Below are positions 29,241 through 41,413 of a stretch of DNA of 64,000 nucleotides, in pieces. A program made the translations under genes and the position numbers. The stretch comes from Klebsormidium nitens (Eukaryota > Plantae > Klebsormidiophyceae), in NCBI GenBank assembly GCA_000708835.1, contig DF237288.1:36505-100504 (forward strand), read 5' to 3'. How positions within the stretch are numbered: position 1 is the stretch's first letter; each line of letters begins with the position of its first letter. The notes under the pieces are model-generated. The model had not been told where the DNA came from, did not search any database, and saw only the letters and a program-made list of their open reading frames with translations.

Positions 29241-32200
29241 ATGGCGACCGCACCCTCATTGGCAGACGTGATAGTCGAGTTGGGTTACAACTCGACCGCA
29301 ACGGCGGGCCGATTTAAGGACCTGTTGCTGCAATTCCCAAAGTTGTCTGAGGAAGAGTTGGCTAGGCTGATTGGCACAGTAGCACAGACACACTCGGGAC
29401 TGGACGATGCACATGGCTTACAGGGTCCCTTCGTAGCTGCCTTCTCCTCCGCCGCGGCCGAAACGGGGCCACTCAGCACCTGGAATCTTAGCGCAATTGT
29501 GGAAGCTGTACATGACACGGTAAGTTTCATGGCCAGGATTCCTTGCTGACGGGGATGGGCCGGCATGGACTAGTCTTTCCGTTTGTAGATTGGGGCTTGT
29601 CAGAAGCGTCCATCAAGGGTTCCATATTGCTAATACATTCCCCTCCCTTTCTGCAGTATCCTGACCTCAGCTTCGCAGCTGCAATGAGGAACTTGGACTA
29701 CCCTGCTTTCAATCTGCCTGATCAGAAAGCCTTCCTCGTTCTGCTGACACTGTACTCAAAATCGACGAAGGTGAGGCGTCATCCTCAGGCGCACTTGATG
29801 CTCAGGCGTTTTTTATGGTCTTTTGACTTGGAACAGGTGGAAGCTGCTCTTGGAGGTTGTTTCGTGGACTTGAATCGGACCTAAGAAAAGGTTTATGTTT
29901 GTGCAGGAGCTCTTTCCACTTGACGCTGTGAGCGGACGCGTTTGGAAGAATACAGCTGGCCAGGTCTCGTTCCTGCGCCATGCTGTGTCTGCTCCGCCAG
30001 AAGTTTTCTCGTTTGCGCACTCAAGCCGGAAGCAGGTGAGGTGCTACAAAAGCTTTCAAGACTTTCTAATTTATGCAGAGCGACAAATGCCTAGAAAGTG
30101 CTTGACCAGTGTGCCAGGAGAGACCTTGCTGTGCAAACCCTTTGCTTGCCCTTGAGTTGTCATGGATGACTCAGAGTTGCATGCTCTACTCCAATTGCAA
30201 CCGTGTTACAAATCCTCGCTTGACCTCTGCGCAGGCTCCCGTTGAAGGATTGCATGGCCACAAATCGCCGCTGGGAACGCCAAACCAATGCTGGCTTTCC
30301 TTGGATCTGCTGGAGGTTTTGTGCCAACTCGCTGAAGTGGGACAAGGCGCGCAAACCCGGTCACTGCTAGACGCTCCCTTGAAAGTCTGCCCGGAGGTCT
30401 TGCTCCTTGGGATGGCTCAACTCAAGGTGCGTGCAATTCTTTGTCAGCTCTGTATATGCTTGTCCGTTCTTTGGTGCTTGTGGTTGCCTGGCATGAAAAC
30501 AGAGTCACTATGCACTGTTTCTTGCATGCTTTTGTGGTTGACGCTACCACCACCAACTCATGATTGGGCACTTGCCAATGTCCAGGCAAACTATGGAACC
30601 CTCCAGGCGGAAGTCTTCTCAGCCCTGCTGCCAGCCTACCTTGCCATCCATCCAAACTCTAGCATCGTACTACACCGGGTCTGGCCGCTTCAGCGGGATG
30701 CGATCCTGAAGTGCATGGTGGAAGTGCATGGCAAGGACAACAGTCAAGTGTCACGTATGCTTGACATATGCCAAGACCTGAAGGTACAAATTCTTAATCC
30801 TGTGCTCTTTGGGGTTATGTAGACGGGGTCCTTCCTCCGCCTGAATGATATGCAAAGTGTTTCACAATCTTGTCGCCCTCAACTCTTGATTCATTTGTCT
30901 TTGCCTCGACGCATCGGTAGTTTCTGGTGGCCATTGACTACTGCTTTCTGGGAGACGAAATAGAAGCCCTGACTTTGCGATCTTGCTTCTGCTGCAGGTT
31001 CTGCCAACGGTGCTTGACAACACTCCTTTCTCGTTTGCGATCGACCTTGCTGCCCTCGCTTCCAGGCGCGAATATTTGAATCTGGAGAAGTGGCTCCAGG
31101 ACGCCACCAATCTGCACAAGGGCCCCTTCCTTGAGGTAAGGCATGGACAATTGTTGGTTAGTGTCATGTTGTAGTGACAGGTCCGAGCTATCCAGACTTT
31201 AAATCGGGTTGGACGTTGAATCTTTGTCATTCATGCAATCGCCCGTGCATCTGGTATCGAGATTCTGCTTCTAATCTGCACGCTCCAATTCCTGCAGGCC
31301 TGCTTGAGTTATGTGACAGACAAGAGCCCCTCGGAGGGAAACGCAGAGTCTCTCGCAAGGGCTGGTGCTCCAATCCCTCTCGCTCCTGAGACAGCCGTGC
31401 TGTTCTTGAAGGTATGTGCGTTCATACTGATTTGAATGCCCTTTCATCCCATTGCAGACCTGCTTTCCAAGTTATGCCTTTGTCAGTCAGCAGCTTCTTC
31501 CTGACGCTGTCGATTTGAGGCACTTTGTGAAATGGCAGCAACAACTGAAGGACTCTTTCCCTCTTGGCCCAGGTGATACACTCGAATGCAAAGCTTTTGT
31601 CACCTGGGATGGCGGAGAAAGCGCAACGGGCCTTTGATGCTGCGGCTCAGTCAAATCCGCGGTTGAGGAACGCAGAACAAACTCCCGCGGAGTCATTCGC
31701 TGCTGACGTTGAGGAAGAGGCAAACTCATACTTCCAGAAGATCTACACTGGACAGCACAGCATCGACGAGATTGTTGACATGCTCAAGCGCTTCAGCAAA
31801 TCCCAAGTTGCAAGGTGAGGCTTGTCAGACAATCAGTTGGCTAAGCAGAACTTGTACTGTGCACTGTCCTCAGAAGAAGCGCTTGATTTGCCAGGACGGA
31901 AAGCATGGTCGGCCTCTTCATCCACCAATGCTTGAGAAGCTCATGTTGTTTACGTTGACTTGTTTTGCAGGGAAGGAGAGATCTTTGCATGCATGATTCA
32001 CAACCTCTTCGACGAATATCGCTTCTTCCCCAAGTATCCTGACAAGGAGCTGAAGATCACTGCTGTCCTGTTCGGTGAGCGCGTAGACTGCTCAACTGTG
32101 TCCGGCCCAGGATTTTAGCTTTTGTTGCAGAGGCCTGTTTTTCTGTCTGGTCGTGCTTCCTGGAGCGCGCCTCGTATTGGAATTTGCGCCTCGTATGCGA

Positions 32201-35200
32201 CTCAACATGTGTCCTTTGCTGCAATGAAAACTTTCTGCTGCTGTCAGGGCCCCTTGGTGGCACGAGTTGGCAACCTGATCATGCCTCCTCTTGTTGTCCA
32301 GGATCCCTCATCTCGCACCAATTGGTGTCCTCGGTGACTTTGGGACTGGCTCTCCGATATGTCCTGGACGCTCTGCGGAAGCCCCTAGAGTCAAAGGTAA
32401 GGGGTATGCTCTTGCTTTGGCAGACTACTTGCTCGTGGTCCAGCCAATAATGATGCGCACTCTCACTGCCAGTCCAGCAATTCGCTTATGTGCTGTTTGC
32501 CTTGGCTTCCTTGTCACATAATGACTCTTGGCAGATAGCGGTAGGCGATCTACCCCCAAGCTTCGTCCGTGTCGTTACTTGGCGGAGAAGCGGAAATCCA
32601 CTTTGGGGATGTTCTTGAATATCCTTACCTTCACAGGGGTTGACTCTTTTGACCCAGTCGATATTAGTTGGTGATGCCATGACCTTTTACAAGCTTGAGC
32701 AAGCTTGAACGGGACAAGCCTCGGTTGTGAACTATCTCTTGTCAAAAGCCTGTTATTGACCGTTCATTTCTCACGTTCTGCTTCTGAATTGCAGATGTTC
32801 TCCTTTGGGCTCACTGCGCTCGGCCAGTTTATGTCCCGGCTGGAGGAGTGGCCTCAGTACTGCAACCACCTGCTGCAGATCAACCACCTGCGGGAAGCTC
32901 ATCCGGAGCTTGTCGTGTTCGTCGAGAATGCTCTCGAACGCCATGAGCGACGCACTGCCGCTCCCACGGTCAGCAGCAACATGCTGTCGCAGAGTCTGGC
33001 AGCCACTGGTGCTGACATTCTGCCAGCCAGTGCGCTACCGGGAGGTGAAACTGAGGCCACCAAAGATGTCCAGCCAGGGTCGGGCGTGAGAGCATCGCCT
33101 GCCAGGGGGGTTGGCACCGCAGTTGACAGTCAAGCGATTGGGACGGGGGGCAGCAAGGCCCTAGCTACAGTAGGGGCCATCACCGTTGAGGACGGGACGG
33201 CCAAGCCAGAAGCTACTCAGTCCGAGGGGGACCGTGGAGACGGAGGGGCGGTGGGCGTCGGGACTGGGGTGGGGGCCGGGGGGCAGTCGAACGGGGGCGG
33301 CGAAGCGGGAACCAAGGCTGGAAGTGGAGCACCGCCAACGACAGGGTCAGCAGCAGGCGCTACGTCAAGAGCAGTCTCGCGTCCAGGAAGCTCGCAGGGT
33401 CAATCGCGGCAGCCGCAGGGCGGTTTCGGGCATGCTCTGAACATCGAGACTCTTATGGCCGCAGCAGAGAAGCGGGATGGGCCACCGATAGAAGCACCCT
33501 CGCAGGAAGTGCAGGACAAGATAGCCTTTCTGATCAACAACATCTCAACATCAAATATAGAGCCGAAGTCCAAAGAGCTGCTGGAGCTGCTGAAAGAGTC
33601 CAACCACCCGTGGTTTGCTCAGTACATGGTAATGCGGAGAGCTAGCATCGAGCCCAACTTCCACGAGCTGTATCTAGCTTTTCTGGACAAGATCAACGAC
33701 AAGAGCCTGCAGAAGGAAGTGGTGAAGGCGACATACGAGAACTGCAAGGTTCTCCTGCGCTCAGAATTGATCAAGACCAGCTCGGAGGAGCGCTCTTTGT
33801 TGAAGAATCTGGGGAGCTGGCTCGGCAAGTTGACGATTGGGCGCAATCAGCCTCTGAGAGCAAAGGAGATCGACCCAAAGGCTTTGATAATCGAGGCATA
33901 CGAGAAAGGGCGCATGATCGCGGTTGTGCCTTTTACCTCGAAGGTCCTAGAACCCTGCCAGACCAGCATAGCGTACCAGCCTCCGAACCCCTGGACAATG
34001 GGCATTTTGAGCCTGCTAGCCGAGATCTACTCCCTCCCCGACCTGAAGATGAACCTCAAATTCGATATCGAGGTTCTCTTCAAAAACCTGCATCTGGAGC
34101 TGAAGGATGTGAAGCCCACGCAGCTGCTTCAAGGACGGCGTCGAGACCTTGAAGGCAACCAGGACTTCTCGAACAAGGGCCTGGCAGCTGCCAAGGCGCT
34201 AGCGGCGATGGCAGAGCCCGCCCCAACCCCTCCGAAAACACCTCCAAAGCCCCCGACCCCTCCAACGAAGGAACAGGTCCTCAGCACCCCCCCCGAAGCC
34301 CCCAGCTCTCAGCCTTTGCCCCCCAAGCCGTCAACCCCACTCGCCCCCCCGGCGCAGCCTCTCAGCGAGGAGAGAGCCCCTGCTGAGAAGGCCGGCTCCA
34401 ATCAGGCTGCAGCCTCGACCCCCTCCCCAAGCACGTTCGCTGGTCAAGGGTCCCTGTCCATCCCCAACTTGAGCGCCTACATCGTCTACAACTCAAAGCT
34501 GGCCGGCCTTACGCACCAGCTTCAGTTGCCCCGGGTGGTGTCCTTAGCGATGGAGAGGGCAATCGTTGAGATCATCACGCCGGTGGTGGATCGCAGTGTC
34601 ACCATTGCCTGCATGACCACCAGGGAACTGGTTCTGAAGGACTATGCCCTCGAAGCTGAGGAGAACCGGACGCACAAGGCTGCCAATTTGATGGTCGCGA
34701 GCTTAGCGGGGAGCTTGGCACATGTTACATGCAAAGTGAGTTTTTCGAAGCTCTAGTCGTTGGGACTCTGATGATCTGCAGGGCTTATCTACTTTGGTTT
34801 GCTGTAGACTGACGTATGAAGGGGTTGCAGTTGTTGTCCGTTCAGTTGAGAACGTGTTGGTCCTGCTCCTTGATCTAGGGGTTTTCAATTCATGGATTTC
34901 GAGTGCGGATTGATACTCAGGGCAACAGACGAGTTTTTCTATCTTATTGAACGATTAGGCTCGAGTGTTTGTTGGCCGAGATAGAAGCTGCAATCTTTGA
35001 GGCGTGTCTTCTGATACTTTGTCGCCGTGCAGGAGCCTCTGCGTGTGGCGCTGGCCAGTCATTTGCGCACCCTCCTCCAGGCGGCGGCAAATCTGAACGC
35101 TGACATCTTGGAGCAAGCAGTGCAACTGATCACGAATGACAACCTGGACCTGGCCTGCGCTGTTGTGGAGAAAGCCGCCACTGAGAAGGCGCTGCGAGAT

Positions 35201-38200
35201 TTGGAAGAGAGTTTGAAACCCTCCCTGAATCTGCGGCGCAAGCAGAGAGAAGCCCTGGGGCCCACCTTCTTTGAAGCCACCCTAATGTCCCAGACTAACC
35301 TTGCGCGCCTGCCAGAGGCGCTCAGGCCCAAGCCTGGTCGGTTGTCCACGATGCAACAGCGGGTTTATGAGGTACGTGCTGAAGCATGCCCGGCTGTCGT
35401 TGAAGAAACTTTTGGCTGCTTCTTCAGTGTCCATTTTTGCCATCTCTCGCTTGGAAACTGGCCTTTAGTTTCTGATCTCCGAGACTCACCAAGTGGAGAG
35501 GAAGCTTAGAAATGGAACTGTGACAACGATAGAGTGTCACCGAACGTTTGCAAGGAGAGTGGTGCTAATTGCGACTTACCAAAAATTCCTTTGCAGGACT
35601 TCTCCCGCCTGCCCTGGCAGAATCAGCAGGCTGTAAGCAGTCCCGCTCCCTCCAGCACTAGCCCTTCTCCCGGACCCATTGCCTCTGGCCCGCGCCCGTC
35701 CTTCAGTGGTGGGCCCCCTCCTGCCGTCGCATCACTCGCTGCTTCCCCATTTCCGGGGCTGGGCAGTCAGCAGCCTGGCATAGGGCTGGCGGATGAGCTG
35801 GAGCGGAACATCCTGGCAGCCGGGTAAGTCCGGAAAGCCCAAGAAGCAAGCCACCATTACAGAAGTGTTGTCATGGCTTTTTTTTTTGAAAAGGTCTGCA
35901 GGATCTCTGTTCGAGATTGTCTATGTCCTCGAATCAGTATCTCTCCCGTGCTCGATTCGGCTTTCTGAGACAGTATGTGTTCCTGCAGGCCCCTGGAGAG
36001 CATCAGTAAGCCGGCAGACCAGGCGTCTCCCGAAGTGGGGGCTGGAGACCTGGAGAGGGGCACAGCCGCGGGTCCTGCAGAGCCGAGTGGCCAGCTCCTG
36101 AGCCCCCAGGAAGTCCTCGAGAAGTATCAGATCGCTATGGCAAAACTCGACTCCATTGCTGTCCAGCGTCCTGAGCAGTCGTATACGAGCCTGTCTCCCG
36201 ACGATGCCCTGGTGTCGGTCGTGAACGAGGTGCCAGCAATCGTGTCCAAGTGTGTCAAGCGAGAAGAGGCTGCTCTGGGCATCGCTCAGAAGGTGGTGAA
36301 GCTGCTGTATGAGTCGGTGGGCAAGCGGCTGCATTTCACAGCCTATCTGGCCATGCTCGAGGGGCTTAAGGACATCACACCGCGCTTGACAAAAGAGCTC
36401 GCCGGCTGGGTAAGGATAGTCCCCACGGAAGCTTGTTCGATAGCTGAGCTTCGTCCTTCTCTTTGTCATATCTGAAGGCATTTGCACAGCTTGCTGCATG
36501 TTGACTCAACGATTGCTTTGTACTTCAAGCAGTCTCTTCACACCGTACCATTCCGCAAAGGTGTTGATCCAGCATGTGGCTTGCAGGTTCGAAAGTAGGG
36601 GAGAGAATTGTAGTTCTTACAGCTTGTTGTTTTTGGGTTTCTTGCAGGTCAGGTTTGCGGATGATGAGCGGAAGCTCAACAAGGAGGTGATCTCGGGACT
36701 GCTCCAATCTGAGCTGCTGCACACCGCGGACTACAATCTGCACCTGACGGAGCTCATGGATGGAGGGCGGAATGGTGAGCGACTGCTTCTCTGTCGGAGT
36801 CTCAGGAGTTGTGCATCTGGGAGCGCAGGATTCTGCTTGACTGAAGCATTAGTCGTCTCCCGCTGTGAGATGTATCCTCATACCCAAGTCTGGTGTTTGC
36901 AGCGGCTGCGACTGATTTTGCCATCTACCTGGTCAAGACGCTGGTGGTCCAAGATCCCTCAGTGGATGCCACGGAGCTCTATAGCATCATCGACGCCCTG
37001 GCGAAGGTGAGAAATCTGAGCAAGGAGAACGCATGCTGTCTGTATTCACATGGTCCAGGGGCCATCCTTACCATGTTGCCTTCTCTATTGACAGCCATGC
37101 ATTTTTGTGTCCTCGCTTGCCAATCGGCCTGTCTGCAGCCCTTGACTCTCCGCTTGCGTTGCAGATTGCTCAGCGTGCTGGTGCCCCCCCGGAGCTGCAG
37201 CAGCTAGTAGATCGAGCGCGCTCTCCAGCTGCTTCTGCTGCTGCGGCTGCTGCAAGGGAGGAGAGGCGCAAGGCAGTAAGGGAGAAGAAGGTGAGGGGCA
37301 GGAGAGTGTATTGCGGATGGCCAGTTTTGTAAGGCGAAAGCTGCCCGGAATTGGATTGCAGTCACGAAGCTTTGTTTCCTGGGGCGTTCACTGTGCAACT
37401 TTTGAGCCCTTGGATGAAACCCAACGCTGAACTCTTGTGCAGGTGGGCGAGCTTCACGCAGCTGCCAAGGAGGAGGACAAGCTGATCTCTCGGGAGCCTG
37501 TGACGGCCGATCCTCCCGGTCTTCGAGAACAGGTGACTTTCTCATGCAGGGATGTTGCTTGGTTTGCCAGGTCGATAATCGAGTTGGATAGATGGCCCAG
37601 CTCTTGTGCTTAATGAGTTTGCCAACTCGGATGCACAGCTTGTCCCTTCTGGCTTCACGGTTCAGTTTTCACCCTCGTGGTCAACCTGCAAGATGCAATT
37701 GCCTCCCAAGTTCCAACATGCCTCCAACACTTATGAGTATTCTATATCTGTTTTTTTTCTTACAATGGACGCACATCTTTTCAGGTGGCGGGCCTTTTCG
37801 ATGAGTGGGTGCGAGCATGTGAAGCATCTGGCACGCCAGAGAAGGCGTATCCCGCTTACTTCCAGCTCCTCCAACAAGCCGGCGTGCTCAAGAACGACGA
37901 GACTTGCGAACGATTCTTCCGGATACTTACGGTGAGTCAGATGCACCGTTAGCTTGCCTGTTTCCTCTCTTCCCCCAATCCGCTTGTGAGCCCCTCTGCA
38001 ATTGAAGTAGCTCGGTGCAGCGCTCTTTTGTCCCACGTCTTCAAAATATTTTGCACTCCCCGACCATGTTGGCATTCATCCGTCTTTTCCAGGAGCTGGC
38101 TGTGGGCCACAGCTTGGGGACCGAAGCGTCGTCCCCCTCCGGCGTGTCCTTCACTGCCATCGACCTCTATGCCAAGCTGCCACTCATGCTGATCAAGGTA

Positions 38201-40669
38201 AGAAACGCAGGAACCGACCTGCGGTTGCTGCATGGCGCTAGCATTGGGTGATTCGCCAACATTGGTGTTGACTGCAAGATCTTTGAGGCACCAATTTCAG
38301 TGGTTCTCGCCTCGAGACACCCATCTTGTGCTTGGCTGTGCGGGCTGCTCCTGATTGCCTGCCTCGGTGCGTGCAGTATTACCCGGACCCTGCCAGTGGT
38401 ACCTTTGGCGTTCACTTCAACCTGCTCCAGAAGGTGCTGGCGGTGACAGTGAGGATTATCCAGCGTGATGCTGCCGACAAGGCTGCGGCGTTCAACGCCC
38501 GCCCCTACTTCCGCCTGCTCGTCACCTGGCTCATGGACCTCAACGTGCTGGACGCGGGCGGCATGGACACCAACAACCTGCAGGTGCGAGCATCAGCTGC
38601 AATGTTTGAGTCACGATTGCAGGGCAATCTTGAAAACGGTCTGTTCTTGGGAAAATGGATATTGAAGCGTGAACTGTCTCTCGTTCGGTACTGACGCTAT
38701 ATCCGTTCCATGTATTTCAGGTCCTGAGTGCGTTCGGCAGTGCCCTCCTGTCGCTGCAGCCGCTGCGCGTGCCGAGCTTCAGCTTTGCGTGGCTGGAGCT
38801 GATGAGCCACCGCATGCTCATGCCCAAGCTGCTGCTGGTCACGGCCCCTAAGGGCTGGCCGCTCTTCCAGCGCCTGCTCCTCGCGCTCTTCGCCTTCATG
38901 GAGCCCTACCTGGGAAACGCCGAGCTCACAGACTCGGTGAGCTCCGCATTGCGTGCCTGGCTGCTGACAATCCGCTGAAGGACAAGCTTCGCTGTCCCTT
39001 TGCAGCTCGTTCTTGGGCGGGACCGACGATTGTCCTTGCAAGACGTGCTTCAATGAAGGACCGGCGTCCGTTTCTTGTCGCTTTTTTTTCCTGGTGAGGC
39101 GTCCCTTTCAGCTCGGGGCCCTTGCTGGTCGCAGGTTCGTCTGCTGTACAAGGGCACTCTGCGCGTCCTGCTGGTCCTGCTGCACGACTTCCCCGAGTTC
39201 CTGTGCGACCACCACTTCAGCTTCTGCAACGTCATCCCGGCCAGCTGCATCCAGATGCGGAACCTCATCCTCAGCGCCTTCCCCCGCAACATGCGCCTGC
39301 CCGACCCCTTCACTCCAAACCTCAAGGTGACCCCAGCTCTACTTCAGAGCCACACTTGCCGCAACTTCCCTTACTGTTGCAGTACGCTATGCTGTGGTGT
39401 GCTGCACCTGCTCCGTTGTTCAGATGGGATCGACCTTATGCAGATTTTCCCCGCAGTGGCTGTCTTCTGACGCTCGGGTGGTGCGCAGGTGGACTTGTTG
39501 CCTGAGATCAGTCAGGCGCCGCGCATCCTGTCCGATGTCGAGGTGGCGTTCCGGGGGAAGCCTCTGAAGCAGGAGGTGGACGAGTATCTCAAAGTGAGCG
39601 TCGCCGCATGACATAGAGCCAAGGGGGGACCCACCTTCAAAGGAGGCCAAGTGCCCAACGAGCGATCGCAGTCTGCCTCTGCTTATGCAGCCAGGAAGGT
39701 GCTGAGCACAAGGCCTCGTTTGGTGTCCTTTCAAAGTTTTCTAGCATTTTGTAATCCTTGCATTTGGTATCCGAAAGTGACGTTGTCCGGTGTCTGAGGC
39801 AGCTCTCTTTGTTGTGCCATGCAGAATCGGCAGCCGCAGTCGTTCCTGAACGACCTTGCGCACAAGCTGCTGGCCAGCCCGCAAGAAGCTGCCCTGCGAG
39901 GGACGCGCTACAACGTGCCGCTCATCAACTGCCTGGTCCTCTATGTCGGGATGCAGGTCAGTTGACCCCTGTGCCCCTGTGCTGACGCGATGCCGGGAAG
40001 CTGTCAAGCGGACTGTGACCGGAAGGTGCATTGGCGTCCACTGGGCAACAGCATCCGAAACTGTCATTGCAGAACTTGTCACAGCGCTACTGCTGCTGTA
40101 AAGATCTGTTTCCGCTTACGGGGCGTACTTCTGTTCTCGGATTGAAGCCCTTCATCGCGCTCGAAGGCCTCACCAGAGGGCTCCTCCTTGTTGTGCAGGC
40201 GCTGCAGCAGCTGCAGAGTAAGGCGCCCCAGCAGCTCGCGGTTCCTACGGCGCCCATCACCCACAGTGCGCCCATGGACATCTTCCAGCGGCTGGTGGTG
40301 GAGCTGGACACCGAGGGCCGCTACCTCTTCCTGAACGCCATCGCCAACCAGCTGCGGTACCCCAACAACCACACCCACTATTTCTCGTGCGTTCTGCTCT
40401 ACCTCTTCGCCGAGGCCACGCAGGAGGTCGTGCAGGAGCAGATCACGCGGGTCCTCTTAGAGAGGCTCATCGTGAACAGGCCTCACCCCTGGGGGTTGCT
40501 CATCACCTTCATTGAGCTCATCAAGAACCCGAGATACAATTTCTGGAGCCACTCGTTCTGCCGCTGTGCACCAGAGATTGAGAAGCTGTTTGAGAGCGTA
40601 GCGCGCTCCTGCAGTGCGCACGTTGACACGCCTGGAGCTTTGCCAGCAAACGAGCAGATCAAGGTCTAG
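29241..40669 (+). CDS. NOT1: CCR4-NOT scaffold subunit NOT1/CNOT1
   Basis: [11 protein letters not shown]...[14 protein letters not shown]; [21 protein letters not shown]; [13 protein letters not shown]; [25 protein letters not shown]; MIF4G region [18 protein letters not shown]...[14 protein letters not shown]...[12 protein letters not shown]; DUF3819 region [31 protein letters not shown]; C-terminal domain [64 protein letters not shown]. Start codon provisional (see findings). Confidence 0.96.
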
Positions 40670-41413
40670 AACTTAGAAAGCCTTTATCAGGAGTGTTTGC
40701 ATGTTGTACATAACTCTTGACTGGTGAAGTAGGTACGCTGAGCAAAAGCTCGCTTAAACAACTGATCTCTTGTACTTGCATGGCGCATGTCATTGGTCTG
40801 TGTCATAATCCCCCGTGTCAAGGCAATCTGCATTCACTCGCCTCAGCAATTGGGCCATGGTGCAGTAGGGAAGTCGTCGTTTCTGATGTCAATAGTTTAT
40901 CTGAAATAGGTGGTTCGCATTTTGAACTTGATGGCCATCCACAACACTGCAGTGCCTATAAACTTCCGTCTGGCCGGTCTCGATTGCGTCTTCATGTCTG
41001 CACGCGATCCGACATGGTCCCATTGCATGTAGCGAGCTAGCTCATGAGACGCTACACATAAGGCTCTATAGCATGATGATCTGCCGCCAAGCTAGTAGCT
41101 TAGCGAGTGACCGATCTGATGTATTCGTCACTGCATCAAGAACTCTTCAGGTATTATTAAAGCCGCCATACTCGACCACCATGAATTCAGACCTCAAAAT
41201 CTTGCAATGCACATGCTTACAACGTGTCTACAGGTGCCACGGTGGCCACATTGCTATGGCTCTCAATAAGGGTCTGAATCGTCAACGGACATTGCTTTCA
41301 TCGAGTGCCTGTTGGTTTAGTCTGGTTCGAAAATCTGAGCCGGCGCATGGAGGCTGTGTCCCCCTGAGGCCAGAAGCCTCTTCCAGAAGGCCACACCGCA
41401 GAGATAGACTCGT

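Noticed and set aside
32619-32632. ATATCCTT, an AT-AC U12 donor consensus, in NOT1
   Set aside because: It lies inside an intron already bounded by canonical GT/AG sites that give the correct protein, and I saw no matching branch site or AC acceptor.
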